Assembly: GCA_045803545.1 (NCBI GenBank)
Contig: JBJMOW010000005.1
Span: 1,440,001-1,504,000 of the forward strand
Length of the DNA stretch: 64,000 bases
Origin: Gemmatimonadaceae bacterium
GTDB lineage: Bacteria; Gemmatimonadota; Gemmatimonadetes; Gemmatimonadales; Gemmatimonadaceae
Direction: 5' to 3'
The notes under the pieces were generated by a model that was not told the origin of the DNA, did not search any database, and was given only the letters and a program-made list of their open reading frames with translations. Position numbers and translations under genes: made by a program. This document shows, one piece after another, positions 19,621 to 29,424 of this stretch; the stretch's first letter is position 1, and every line of letters begins with the position of its first letter.

Positions 19621-20072
19621 ACATCTACACCTGCAAAGGGTAGATGTAATGTTTCGGAAACTTCAGGGGGACGAAAGGTCAATTCTCTATCACCCAAATG
19701 CACATTTCATATCATTGGCGAGCCGACGTATAGCTTAGGTGTTTCTTTTCATGCGAATATGATCTACCTGACAGGGCGATTACGACCTGCGCAACGCCAA
19801 TTATGGAAGCACGAAACCCAGTGGATGTTAGCCTTTTCGTTCACCATGGGCAGAATTCATTCATCCGACGCGCGTTAGTCTGCATTACGTGTCTTTGAAG
19901 TCATTGCCGCAGAACAATCTTGGAATCCCCGCGCCACGTATCGAAGTATTATTGTGCGTCGAGCAGCAACAAGAATAACGAGCTTGAAGATTACGTTAAC
20001 GCGGTGCGAGCGTGTCCGGAACGCGAGAATTCCCCGCTCTCGGCGAGTTAAGGGTTAACAGGTCAGGGATAC

Positions 20073-20675
20073 ATGCTGACGCTCCAAGATATCGTCGCTG
20101 ATTTCGCGCGCGCATTGAAGGCTGTCGATACGCAGGCGCCAGTTGGTAGTTCGCGGACGCGGAGGTACAAGCCGGGCGTCGGACCGCTGACGGAAGTTGC
20201 AGCTGTGGGAGCTGCCCTCGGACATCTAAGAAAGTTCAGCCGCGAGTACGAGCACGCGTCGCCAGCAACATATCCCAACAGCCGCCAAATTTGCGACCTG
20301 TTAATCCCGGGGGCCTGGGCAATTGAAGTAAAGCTCGTACGACCCTTTGGCGACAATGGTCGCCCTGCAGAACACTGGGCCGAGAATATTCTTTATCCTT
20401 ATAGCGGGACGACGAGCGCAATTGGTGATTGTTACAAGCTCCTGGAATCAACCTTTGCGGAAAAGAAGGCCGTTATCGTATTTGGGTTTGAACATACACC
20501 TCCGCAGCTTCCGTTGGAGCCAGCCATTCGCAGCTTTGAACTGATCGCACCACAGGTTTGTGGGATTGCGCTCGGGCAACGTGTGTCAGCCGATTTCACC
20601 GACTGCATACACCCCTCTCATCAGCAGGGTTATGTATATGGCTGGGAGGTCAACGGCTCGATTAGAGGAGCTTGA
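20073..20675 (+). CDS. Putative PD-(D/E)xK nuclease
   Basis: CDLLI...WAIEVK catalytic-like motif; immediately upstream of the methyltransferase. Confidence 0.6.
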   Translation: MLTLQDIVADFARALKAVDTQAPVGSSRTRRYKPGVGPLTEVAAVGAALGHLRKFSREYEHASPATYPNSRQICDLLIPGAWAIEVKLVRPFGDNGRPAEHWAENILYPYSGTTSAIGDCYKLLESTFAEKKAVIVFGFEHTPPQLPLEPAIRSFELIAPQVCGIALGQRVSADFTDCIHPSHQQGYVYGWEVNGSIRGA

Positions 20676-20732
20676 TCACTGCGGGGGTCTTTTGTATTCG
20701 CTCGCTCCGGTACGGCAAGATAGTTTTCTTAC

Positions 20733-21959
20733 ATGAACGGTGCTCCCAAACTAGTTAGCCTTTTTACCGGTGCCGGTGGCTTAGATCTTGGCCTTGAAGC
20801 GTGTGGATTTGAGACTGCGCTTGCGGTCGAGATGGATCCCGATGCTTGCGACACTCTGCGACTGAATCGGACCTGGCCAGTCATACAGGCTGATATCAAC
20901 TCTCCCCAAGCGTCCTCAAAGGATATTCTTAGACAAGCTGGCCTGAAGGTCGGAGAAGCAGCTTTGCTTACGGGCGGGCCACCCTGTCAGCCTTTTAGTA
21001 AATCGGGTTATTGGGCAGGCGGTGACTCGAAGCGGCTGAACGATCCTCGTGCCTCAACGCTCGCTGCATATCTGCGGGTTCTGCGCGACATTCAGCCTCA
21101 AGCGTTCGTCATTGAGAACGTGCCGGGTATTGCATTCAGCGCCAAAAGCGAAGGCATCGAATTTTTAGAACGGTCAATCGATTCCATCAACAAAGAAATC
21201 GGAACTCGCTACTCGTTCAGACCCAAGCTTCTCAACGCCGCCGACTACGGCGTCCCGCAGGAGAGGCAACGCGTATTCATCGTAGGCCACCGCGACGGCA
21301 TGCAGTTCAAGTTTCCGGCCAAGACACATTACGCGCCCGATGAGCACTCTGCAGTATCGCAAGACTCGCACTATTTCACGGCATGGGACGCTATAGGAGA
21401 CCTCGAATCAGACGATGACGAATCGCTTCGGCTGTCAGGTAAGTGGGCAGATCTGCTACCTTCGATCCCCGAAGGTCAGAACTACCTTTTCCATACGATG
21501 CGGGGCGATGGAATTGCTCTTTTTGGTTGGAGGCGCCGCTATTGGAGCTTTCTTCTAAAACTCGCGAAGGCTCTTCCGTCTTGGACCATCGCGGCGCAGC
21601 CCGGACCCGCGATCGGACCGTTCCATTGGAAAAATCGGCGTTTATCGGCTACTGAGCTTTGCCGTTTGCAAACTTTCCCGGAGGGATACAAAATCGCGGG
21701 GCGGCGTAATTCGATTCAACGACAGTTGGGGAACGCTGTTCCGTCGGCGCTGGCTGCACAGCTGGGAGCGGCGATTCGCAAACAGCTTCTCGACGGAGGT
21801 GAGTGCATATCCGCCGCCGCTCTCTTTCCGAAGAGACGTGGGGCACCACCGCCGCCCGAACAGCCGCAGTCCGTTCCCGACAAATACTTACATCTCGAAG
21901 GCGAACACGCGGCGCATCCCGGAACGGGAAAAGGATACGGCGCACTCACTAGAGTTTGA
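20733..21959 (+). CDS. dcm: DNA (cytosine-5) methyltransferase
   Basis: Motifs I FTGAGG, IV GGPPCQPFS, VI ENV, VIII YGVPQERQR, IX-X RLQTFP / QLGNAVP. Confidence 0.95.
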   Translation: MNGAPKLVSLFTGAGGLDLGLEACGFETALAVEMDPDACDTLRLNRTWPVIQADINSPQASSKDILRQAGLKVGEAALLTGGPPCQPFSKSGYWAGGDSKRLNDPRASTLAAYLRVLRDIQPQAFVIENVPGIAFSAKSEGIEFLERSIDSINKEIGTRYSFRPKLLNAADYGVPQERQRVFIVGHRDGMQFKFPAKTHYAPDEHSAVSQDSHYFTAWDAIGDLESDDDESLRLSGKWADLLPSIPEGQNYLFHTMRGDGIALFGWRRRYWSFLLKLAKALPSWTIAAQPGPAIGPFHWKNRRLSATELCRLQTFPEGYKIAGRRNSIQRQLGNAVPSALAAQLGAAIRKQLLDGGECISAAALFPKRRGAPPPPEQPQSVPDKYLHLEGEHAAHPGTGKGYGALTRV

Positions 21960-21962
21960 GTG

Positions 21963-23132
21963 TTACCCCTGCGCTGCTTTCATTAGAACTTCTTCGAGAT
22001 CGTTCGACCATGAATCGTCGACGGACACCTTGTTCGATAGCTTTCCAACACAGGTTGGATGCGCTTGAAGCGCCTGCGTAGTCTTGCTCCGAAAGGTCCA
22101 CGTCTCTGACTGGGCATGCAGACATGCCGCGACAACGTCGAAATCGCTGGGGCTATAGTACCTTGAGCACGGATTGGCGAGCGACGCCCTCGTCCGCATA
22201 AAATCGAGCCTCGCATTCCCAAATTTATCGGGCTTACGCAGTACGTTCTTACATTCGAGAAGAACGGGGTTACCGCGAGTCATAACAACACGGAAATCGG
22301 GCGATCCGTCTCCAGTTAACTGCTCGCAGCGCTTTAGTCTCTTAAACTGCTTTAATACATCTGCGAGGTGGCGCTCAGCTACCCAGCCGCGTACCGCCAT
22401 CTTGAGGCGCGGCGCTTGGCTTATTAAGTCGAGAATTTCAGAGCGAGGAAGATCGAATTCTTTCTCGAGAGCGTGGACTCGCTCGAGAGAGACAATCGGC
22501 AGCACATTGGACGGATCTGACTCCCGTTCGAGTGTCACAGATCGAAAACGTTCGGCGACTAGCTGGCGATGCCCTTGATCCTCCCCAAGCACCTCACGCT
22601 CAAAAAGGATGTATCGGAGGAAGTTCTCCGGCTTGCCACCCACAACGACCTCGACAGGTGAATCAGGCGTGCCGCGTTGATCACGCTCCCACGCATACCA
22701 GCCCTGCGAAAGAATTTCGTCCACGTGATGTTGCTTGAACTCCTTCGAGATGAAAAAGCGTGTGGGACTATTTAGGACAGGGTCGACGCCAACGAAGAAG
22801 TCTTGCTCGGGGTTGACGCCGAGCATGAGAGTCGTGTAAAGACCGTACGGATCCTGCCAGAGGTTATGAAGCACACCATCTTTCGACCCATACTTTATCT
22901 GAAACCGGTGCTCGTCGGCGGGGCGATTCTTGGTGACCCTTTCATTGGCTAAGAACGCATAAGCAACGATTCCCAACCTGTATCCCGAAGGAGTCTCGAA
23001 GGTCACTTGGAATGGAGCGGTGCCCGGTTGCGAGGCGCGGATTATAGAGCACCCACAGACTTCTAGGGACCTATAGATGAAGCGGGCGATCGGCTCTCGT
23101 GCGGCTTTGCTTACGCGATAGACTTCGAACAT
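21963..23132 (-). CDS. Methylase-associated PD-(D/E)xK restriction endonuclease-like protein
   Basis: PDFRV...LLECKN motif; N-terminal RPADEHRFQ domain reminiscent of methylase-associated domains; convergent with the MTase, overlaps vsr. Confidence 0.65.
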   Translation of the reverse strand: MFEVYRVSKAAREPIARFIYRSLEVCGCSIIRASQPGTAPFQVTFETPSGYRLGIVAYAFLANERVTKNRPADEHRFQIKYGSKDGVLHNLWQDPYGLYTTLMLGVNPEQDFFVGVDPVLNSPTRFFISKEFKQHHVDEILSQGWYAWERDQRGTPDSPVEVVVGGKPENFLRYILFEREVLGEDQGHRQLVAERFRSVTLERESDPSNVLPIVSLERVHALEKEFDLPRSEILDLISQAPRLKMAVRGWVAERHLADVLKQFKRLKRCEQLTGDGSPDFRVVMTRGNPVLLECKNVLRKPDKFGNARLDFMRTRASLANPCSRYYSPSDFDVVAACLHAQSETWTFRSKTTQALQAHPTCVGKLSNKVSVDDSWSNDLEEVLMKAAQG

Positions 23133-23596
23133 GCGCGGTGGCGAAGAAGTCTCTCGATCCTATCAACAGCCTTCGAAGGGCGGCGAAGCAAATCGGTTTC
23201 CCACACTCGTATGACCTTCCATCCCGCGGCCCGCAACAGCCGGTTAATCCGGCGGTCACGCTTGATATTTGATTCAATCTTGGGAATCCAATAGTCGGCG
23301 TTACTCCCGTTGAGTAGCCGTTCACGTCGCGCTTTCCAGTGGCGCCCGTGCCAGAAATCGCCGTCGAGAAACACCACTATTCGATCCTCAGGAAACGCGA
23401 AGTCCGGTCGCCCCAAGAAACCGGAAGAGGCAGATTTTGCTCGTAAACCGCGACTTCTTAACGCAGTGCGAAGGATTCGTTCAGGCTTAGTATTCGAGCT
23501 TCGATTGCCTTGCTTTGCGCGCGACGCATGGGGCGAGCTAGACGAAAAATTGGAGAACCGCGGAACTCTCCTTCCGATTTGCTGAGAACGACCCAT
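23111..23596 (-). CDS. vsr: Very short patch repair endonuclease
   Basis: NTKPE, GRPD, FLDGDFWHG, YW..KI..N..RD, GWKVIRVWE. Start uncertain. Confidence 0.92.
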   Translation of the reverse strand: MGRSQQIGRRVPRFSNFSSSSPHASRAKQGNRSSNTKPERILRTALRSRGLRAKSASSGFLGRPDFAFPEDRIVVFLDGDFWHGRHWKARRERLLNGSNADYWIPKIESNIKRDRRINRLLRAAGWKVIRVWETDLLRRPSKAVDRIERLLRHRACSKSIA

Positions 23597-23953
23597 GCGG
23601 ATAAAGAAAAACGGCGTGTGCTCGCCGGGATGAGGTTTCCCTGCTAGGCGTCCGGACCAGAACTCGCGTGATCCAGACCAAAACGTGTTGCGAGTTACGT
23701 CAGGGGCAGAACGACTCTTGTCCCAATGTAAAGTCAAATCGCTACTCATTCAAATCTGCTGGTCGGCGAATCCTGCCCGGGACGCTGGTCGCGTTCATCT
23801 GAGGCTTAATCCTCGCAGAAGATCGCCGTGCCTACGGCTATTTCGACGTCCGGCGAGGTGGATATGAGGCTACCGTCCGGAATGGTTCCGAGTTGCGCGG
23901 GTCAAGCGCCACCGCCAACAGGAAACCCCCAGCCCGACGGAACTTGCCCGTCA

Positions 23954-24547
23954 TCAGGCCCCGTGGAGATGACCAGCGGAGCGGTAAGTGTTGAGGAGGA
24001 CGCCCTTTGGCGTGCTCCGCGTTTCAACGAGCGATATACCACGCGCTGGGACCCCGTTTTCGAACAACCGCTTCCCTTCGCCGAGCACGACCGGAACGAT
24101 CCACAGTCGATATTCGTCGACGAGCTCGGCACCCATCAAGGTCTGCAGCAAGTTACTGCTGCCCCAGATGTGCAAATCCGGCCCATCCGATCCCTTCAGC
24201 CGACGGACCTCGCCCACGACATCGTCGCCAATGCGCACCGATTTCTTCCAGTCGAGTTTGTCGAGGGTGCGCGTGGCGACGTACTTCGTCGCCTTGTTGA
24301 ACGCGTTCGCGATGTTGCCAGTCTGCTTCGGCCAGTAGCCCACCCAGATCTCGTAGGTTCGGCGCCCCAGAACCAGATCGAACTCGGCGGCCATGATCTC
24401 GTCAATGACCTGGCGCAGTGTGTCGTCAATGAAGGGCATCGCCCAGCCGCCATGGGTGAACCCGTTGGTCGGATCCTCCTCGGGGCCACCGGGTCCTTGC
24501 ATGACGCCGTCGACCGTGAGCTGGACAATCGCAATGAGCTTTCTCAT
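23954..24547 (-). CDS. Dihydrofolate reductase / RibD C-terminal family protein
   Basis: TVDGVMQGPGGPEED, LGRRTYE, GSSNL, VDEYRL...PVVLGEGKRLF. Confidence 0.9.
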   Translation of the reverse strand: MRKLIAIVQLTVDGVMQGPGGPEEDPTNGFTHGGWAMPFIDDTLRQVIDEIMAAEFDLVLGRRTYEIWVGYWPKQTGNIANAFNKATKYVATRTLDKLDWKKSVRIGDDVVGEVRRLKGSDGPDLHIWGSSNLLQTLMGAELVDEYRLWIVPVVLGEGKRLFENGVPARGISLVETRSTPKGVLLNTYRSAGHLHGA

Positions 24548-24557
24548 TGGCCCTAAT

Positions 24558-25961
24558 CTACTTGCTTATCGCCGCCAGCTCCTTTGCGCTCCTTAACAAT
24601 CCGTCGAGGGCGCGACGATCGAATAATCGCCCGCCCTGAATCACCGCGCGAATCTTCCTGGTGTTGGCGATGTTCTGCAACGGATTTCCATCCAGCAACA
24701 CCAGATCGGCAACCTTCCCAGGCGCGACGACGCCGAGTGAATCGGTCAGGCCGAGGAATCGCGCTGGATTGATCGTCGCCGTGCGCAACGCTTCCGCCGG
24801 TGTCAGCCCGGCGCGCACGAGCAAGCCGAGCTCATCGTGCAGACCGAATCCTGGATAGACGTAAGCGTTGGCGAGGTCGCTGCCCGCCAACATCGGAACT
24901 CCCGCTCGATTGATCGGCGCAATCAGTGTGGAGTGGAATTCTCCGAGGGCGCCAATGCGCGCGTTCAAATCCGCAGGCATCGACTCCCACAATTTGCGCA
25001 GCATCTTCGGGATGTAGACGATGAGCGAATCGCTCGCGACGTGACCGCGCTGCGCATGATCACGCAGCGCGTGCAGCACGATCAGAGTCGGACATTGCCA
25101 GGTTTCGTTCCGCCGGAAGCGATCGAACAGCGACGCCGCCTTGGCAGAGTCGAATGTCGCTCTGAGCCGAGTGGCGTCCGGCAGGTAGCCATGCTTTTGC
25201 GCCACCGCCTCGAGCTCCTCGGCTTTGATCTTCGCCTCATCGCTCGACGTTCCAACATCGACTTCGGTGAGGTGCTCGAGACTTCTCTGCCGCGCATCTG
25301 ACGCCTCGGCGGCCGTCAATGCATACGGCACATGACCGGCGAAAGGAATTCCTTCGCTCTTCGCTTCGCTGGCGACGGCGTAGTACAAATCCCTCGGCAA
25401 CGAAGAATAGACTTTGATGAAGTTGACGCCGCCGGCCTTGAGCTCCTGCACTGCCCTTCTTGCTTCCTCAGGCGTGTTGACGATCCGGGCGACGGGCAGA
25501 TATGAATTCGGACCGTCGATCGCCGGTCCCGCGATAAAGAGTCGCGGACCGATCTGCCTGCCGCTGACCACGTCGCGCCTGATCGAGTCGATGACGGGCA
25601 GGATGCTGTGCATGTCGCGCACGCCGAGCACGCCGTTGGCGACGAGCACCGGCAGAAAAATCTTCGCGGCGCCGGCCGGCCAGCTGAGGTGGACGTGCAT
25701 GTCCCACAGCGCGGGAATGAGGTACCTGCCGCGGCCGTCGATGACGCGCGCATCGCCGCGGATGCGGACGTCGCGAGTTGGCTTGACCGAGGCGATCGTT
25801 CTGCCATCGATCTCCACCGTCATGTCGGGCTGCACGTTGCCGGCGATCACGTCTACTACTGACACGTGCGCGATGTAGATAGCCGCGGGGGGAACACGCT
25901 GACCTTTGACCAACGGCGTCAGGCAGACGACGGCGAGGACGATGCATGCAGCTGTCTTCAT
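24558..25961 (-). CDS. Secreted amidohydrolase family protein
   Basis: Signal peptide; DMHVH, IKVY, GH, EH, AGSD, GKVADLVLLDGNPL. Confidence 0.9.
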   Translation of the reverse strand: MKTAACIVLAVVCLTPLVKGQRVPPAAIYIAHVSVVDVIAGNVQPDMTVEIDGRTIASVKPTRDVRIRGDARVIDGRGRYLIPALWDMHVHLSWPAGAAKIFLPVLVANGVLGVRDMHSILPVIDSIRRDVVSGRQIGPRLFIAGPAIDGPNSYLPVARIVNTPEEARRAVQELKAGGVNFIKVYSSLPRDLYYAVASEAKSEGIPFAGHVPYALTAAEASDARQRSLEHLTEVDVGTSSDEAKIKAEELEAVAQKHGYLPDATRLRATFDSAKAASLFDRFRRNETWQCPTLIVLHALRDHAQRGHVASDSLIVYIPKMLRKLWESMPADLNARIGALGEFHSTLIAPINRAGVPMLAGSDLANAYVYPGFGLHDELGLLVRAGLTPAEALRTATINPARFLGLTDSLGVVAPGKVADLVLLDGNPLQNIANTRKIRAVIQGGRLFDRRALDGLLRSAKELAAISK

Positions 25962-26005
25962 TGCTCTGACTTAGACGGGAGGATCGGGCCGAACGTTGAG
26001 GACCC

Positions 26006-26043
26006 AAAAAAAGGACGAATCAGCATAAGTGCTTGACTCGTCC
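26006..26043 (-). terminator. Intrinsic terminator after tRNA-Gln
   Basis: On the minus strand, an imperfect GGACGA...TCGTCC hairpin followed by a 7-T run. Confidence 0.6.
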
Positions 26044-26047
26044 AAAG

Positions 26048-26120
26048 TTGCCCCTCCTGGGCTCGAACCAGGACTCTCCTGATCCAGAGTCAGGCGTGTT
26101 GCCAGTTACACCAAGGGGCA
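26048..26120 (-). tRNA. tRNA-Gln (anticodon CUG), CCA not encoded
   Basis: Reverse complement TGCCCCTTGGTGTAACTGGCAACACGCCTGACTCTGGATCAGGAGAGTCCTGGTTCGAGCCCAGGAGGGGCAA folds as a cloverleaf with GTTCGA T-loop. Confidence 0.96.
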
Positions 26121-26202
26121 GTACCTAGATTTTTCGCCGAAATCGGCGGGAACTGCAATCTAAAACCACTCGGCCGGGGCGCAATCATCGACCGGCCATT
26201 GC

Positions 26203-26565
26203 CTAGCTCCACAACCAGTCCTCGGCCTCCTGTCGATCACGAAATACCTCGATCGTCTGACCATTCGCCTCCGCGTGAATCGCGAACATCCGCGCCATAC
26301 CGAACGTCACGTCCGTGGGCGCAACGAACGCCCGTCGAGTGCCCGGTGTGAAATACTGGTCGCGGGCCGCCGCCGTCACCTTCGGCGTCGTGATGCGGAT
26401 CTCCGTTATGGCAGTGAGGTCGATCAGCTGTCGATAACCCGGATCGAAGTCGGGATCGGTTCGTAATGTCCGATTGTGGTCATCCACCTGTTCGTTGGTC
26501 ACTACCTCCGACAAGCGGCTGGTCACCAGTTGCTTCTTCTTATCTATGTCGTAGGAAATCGACAA
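26203..26565 (-). CDS. SpoIIAA/STAS-SEC14-like small protein
   Basis: DPDFDP...LIDL, RRAFVA...FGMARMF, VFRD..EAEDWL pattern. Confidence 0.7.
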   Translation of the reverse strand: MSISYDIDKKKQLVTSRLSEVVTNEQVDDHNRTLRTDPDFDPGYRQLIDLTAITEIRITTPKVTAAARDQYFTPGTRRAFVAPTDVTFGMARMFAIHAEANGQTIEVFRDRQEAEDWLWS

Positions 26566-26754
26566 TTCGCTCTCTGTCCGGTATCAGACAAGCTTACCGA
26601 CATCGTCAACCCCACGCAGAGCCCAATCTACGCGATAGCAATAGCACACGGTTCAATGCCTCCACCCAGATTCGCTCATACTCCATCACATCCTTGGTTG
26701 ACACCATTGATCCTCCATTCATCGATGGCGAGACACGCCGGCGGTTCAGATGGA

Positions 26755-29424
26755 CTATCTGGCAAGCAAACGCTCAAACCGCGGATTGCCGCGCAGCGGA
26801 TCCCACCACGGGTCGACGCGCAGCTGCGGAACGGACACATCGCTCGGAATCGCAAGAAGCTGCTCGAGATTGGTTATCGCCTCGTCGTACGATCCGGCGA
26901 GCACCGCGTTGCTGGCGATAGCATAGAGATTGTTCGAGCCGCGTATCGCATCGGCGGAAAGGGGCGTGGTCTGCAACGAGAGCCTCCCCTCTTCCAGGCT
27001 GCGCTTCCTGTCACCCTTCGCCGCGTAAGCCTCGCCGAGGAAGGCGTGGAGGCCGGCGTCGAGAAAATTTCCCCGCATCGCTTTTGGTGCCTCCGCGATC
27101 AACGAATCAGCGAACGCGAGCTGAGCGGGCTTGTTTCTGGTGTACACACTGAACGTCAAACTCGCGACAAGGAAAACCATTCGGTTCTGGATGTCTTTCG
27201 CAGAAAGGGCTTGTTGCATGTCGCGACGGATTTCCGGATCAGTCAGCGCGGGCCAGTTCAGCAGCAGCACTCCGCGCTTCCACTGGTCGGGATCTACTTG
27301 TCTTTTCGCCTCCGTTAGAATCGCCACGGCTTTGTTCACATCACCTGTACTAAGCAAAATGAGATTGGAAAGGTTGCCGTAGCCTAGCAATTCGTCCGGA
27401 GCCAGCGGGATGGCTCTTTCACAAACTGCCTGGGCTTCAGTGTAGTGACGTGTGAGCGTCAGGCTTTCGCACAGATCTGCGACGTATCTCGCATTCCTCG
27501 GATCGAGCTGTGCAGACCGTTCCAAATCCGTGATCGCTTCGCCCCACTTGTTCCGCCGGCGCTCGATCAAACCCTTCAGGTAAAGTACCTCGGGATCATT
27601 TGGCGAGATTTTCTCCGCCAGAAGCAGAGTCTCGAGCGCTTTGTCGTAGTCCAACTTCGCGCGGTAGTAGTAGGTCGCCCTCGCGATGTACCCGGCGGCC
27701 AGGTCTGGGTCGAGAGCGAGCGCGGTATCAATGGCCGCCTGAGCCAGCGCCAATCGGTGCGGGTTGTCGTCCGCCTGAAACCAGAAGGCGGACAGGTGTG
27801 CGTTACCGAGCTGGGCATAGGCGAGCGCAAATTTCGGGTCCCGCTCTACCGCGTGCTGCAGATATGCTGCTGCCCTTAAATAACCCGACGGACTGCCAAT
27901 ACTCGTCGCAGTGCCGGACATCAGGCTTTTTCCGCGCAGGAAATAGTCGTAGGCTTGTGCGTCAGCTGTGGGCCGCGCGGACAGTTGCGTTCTGTCGGAC
28001 TGACTCAGTTTCACTCTCATTGCTTCGGCGACGTGTTCCGCCACCTTTCCCTGGATGTCGAATACGTTGGTTGCTTCCGCCTGGTATGGCTCTGACCATA
28101 TCTGGGCGCCGCTGCTGCTGCGCAGCAGAACGGGTGTGATCTTGACGAGACTATGCCCATTTCGCGATCGATCCCAACGAACGGTTCCGGTGAGGAGATA
28201 GGTGGCGCCGAGCTCCTTCCCGATTTGTTGCGGAGGCTTGGTGGTATTGGCGTAGCTCTTTGCGCTCTGCCTGCCAATTACTGTGAGTCCACCGACGCTT
28301 CCCAGCTTGCTCGAGATTTCGTCGGTCATCCCCTCGGCGAAATACTCGTCATCCTTGTTTCCGAGATTGTCGAAGGGAAGAACGGCGAGAGATGGAGTGG
28401 TATCCGCGACAACCGCCGGGCCAGCATCGACAGCTCGATGTGTTCGCCAATAGGCGGTTGACGATGCGAGCAGCAGGACGACGATCGCACCCGCGACCGC
28501 CATGAACGTTCCGCGTCTGCTCGAAGGGTACGCGCGACCTGGCGCAATCGCGCCGATATGCGGTGTCGTCGCACCGCTCGGCGTGACGGCTGCTTCGAGG
28601 TCGGCCAACATTTCCGCGGCAGACTGCGGTCGATCCGCGGCGTGTTTCTCCAGCGAGCGCGTAATGAGAGATGACAGCTCGCGCGGCACCGAAGGACGCC
28701 GCACGTCGATTGGTTCCGGCTTCTGCGTCGCGTGCGCGGCGAGCATCGCCTGTGGTGAGCGAGCGCTGAACACCTGCTGCCCGGTGAGCATCTCGTACGC
28801 CATTGCACCAACACCGTAGAGATCGGCGCGATGGTCGGTAGCAGGATCCGCCGCCGCTTGCTCTGGCGACATGTACGCGGGCGTGCCCAACGCAACGCCG
28901 AGGGAGGTGAGCGACGACCCGGGATTGGTCGACGCGCTCAGCGCTTTCGCAACGCCGAAATCGGCGACGACCGCGTGATTGCCGGTGAGCAGCACGTTGT
29001 CGGGCTTCATGTCGCGATGAACGACACCGTGCTCGTGTGCGTAGGACAGAGCGCTCAGAACGTCGCGCAGAATTCGCGCGGTATCGTGTACCGGAAGCTC
29101 GCCCGACCGCGACAGCCGGGCGCGCAGCGACTCGCCCTCGATGAATGGCATAGTATAGTAGGGGAGTCCATCGCTGATCCCGGCGCTAAGAACCGGAACG
29201 ATGTGCGGGTGCTGCAGCTTCGCGGCGAGCTGAATCTCGCGCCGGAAGCGCTCGATGTTGACGGTAGCCGCCAGATCCGGCAGCAGTACTTTCACTACGA
29301 CCTTGCGGCCGAGCGAGTTGTCCTCGGCGATGAAAACCCTCGACATGCCGCCACCACCGAGCTCGCGCTCGAGGGTGTAGGCTTCTCCCAAAGATTTCTG
29401 GAGCTGTTCGCGCAGCTCGGTCAT
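26755..29424 (-). CDS. Membrane Ser/Thr protein kinase with TolB-N-like and TPR domains
   Basis: GGGGMSRV, VVKV, HRDMKPDN, DFG, GTPAYMSPE; TM; SLAVLPF; TPRs; DPWWDPLRGNPRF tail. Confidence 0.93.
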   Translation of the reverse strand: MTELREQLQKSLGEAYTLERELGGGGMSRVFIAEDNSLGRKVVVKVLLPDLAATVNIERFRREIQLAAKLQHPHIVPVLSAGISDGLPYYTMPFIEGESLRARLSRSGELPVHDTARILRDVLSALSYAHEHGVVHRDMKPDNVLLTGNHAVVADFGVAKALSASTNPGSSLTSLGVALGTPAYMSPEQAAADPATDHRADLYGVGAMAYEMLTGQQVFSARSPQAMLAAHATQKPEPIDVRRPSVPRELSSLITRSLEKHAADRPQSAAEMLADLEAAVTPSGATTPHIGAIAPGRAYPSSRRGTFMAVAGAIVVLLLASSTAYWRTHRAVDAGPAVVADTTPSLAVLPFDNLGNKDDEYFAEGMTDEISSKLGSVGGLTVIGRQSAKSYANTTKPPQQIGKELGATYLLTGTVRWDRSRNGHSLVKITPVLLRSSSGAQIWSEPYQAEATNVFDIQGKVAEHVAEAMRVKLSQSDRTQLSARPTADAQAYDYFLRGKSLMSGTATSIGSPSGYLRAAAYLQHAVERDPKFALAYAQLGNAHLSAFWFQADDNPHRLALAQAAIDTALALDPDLAAGYIARATYYYRAKLDYDKALETLLLAEKISPNDPEVLYLKGLIERRRNKWGEAITDLERSAQLDPRNARYVADLCESLTLTRHYTEAQAVCERAIPLAPDELLGYGNLSNLILLSTGDVNKAVAILTEAKRQVDPDQWKRGVLLLNWPALTDPEIRRDMQQALSAKDIQNRMVFLVASLTFSVYTRNKPAQLAFADSLIAEAPKAMRGNFLDAGLHAFLGEAYAAKGDRKRSLEEGRLSLQTTPLSADAIRGSNNLYAIASNAVLAGSYDEAITNLEQLLAIPSDVSVPQLRVDPWWDPLRGNPRFERLLAR

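Larger units (their letters stand above)
13700..23800. mobile_element. Horizontally acquired defence island (boundaries approximate; no integrase seen)
   Basis: Visibly more AT-rich than flanks, contains only conflict genes, truncates the DUF429 gene on the left, ~2.3 kb from the 3' end of tRNA-Gln. Confidence 0.7.

Noticed and set aside
13700..23800. Full Z-genome biosynthesis cluster
   Set aside because: No DatZ-like HD hydrolase, MazZ-like pyrophosphatase or dedicated polymerase in the window
10811..26047. Integrase, prophage or att duplication of the tRNA-Gln 3' end
   Set aside because: No recombinase or phage genes and no tRNA-end repeat seen by eye
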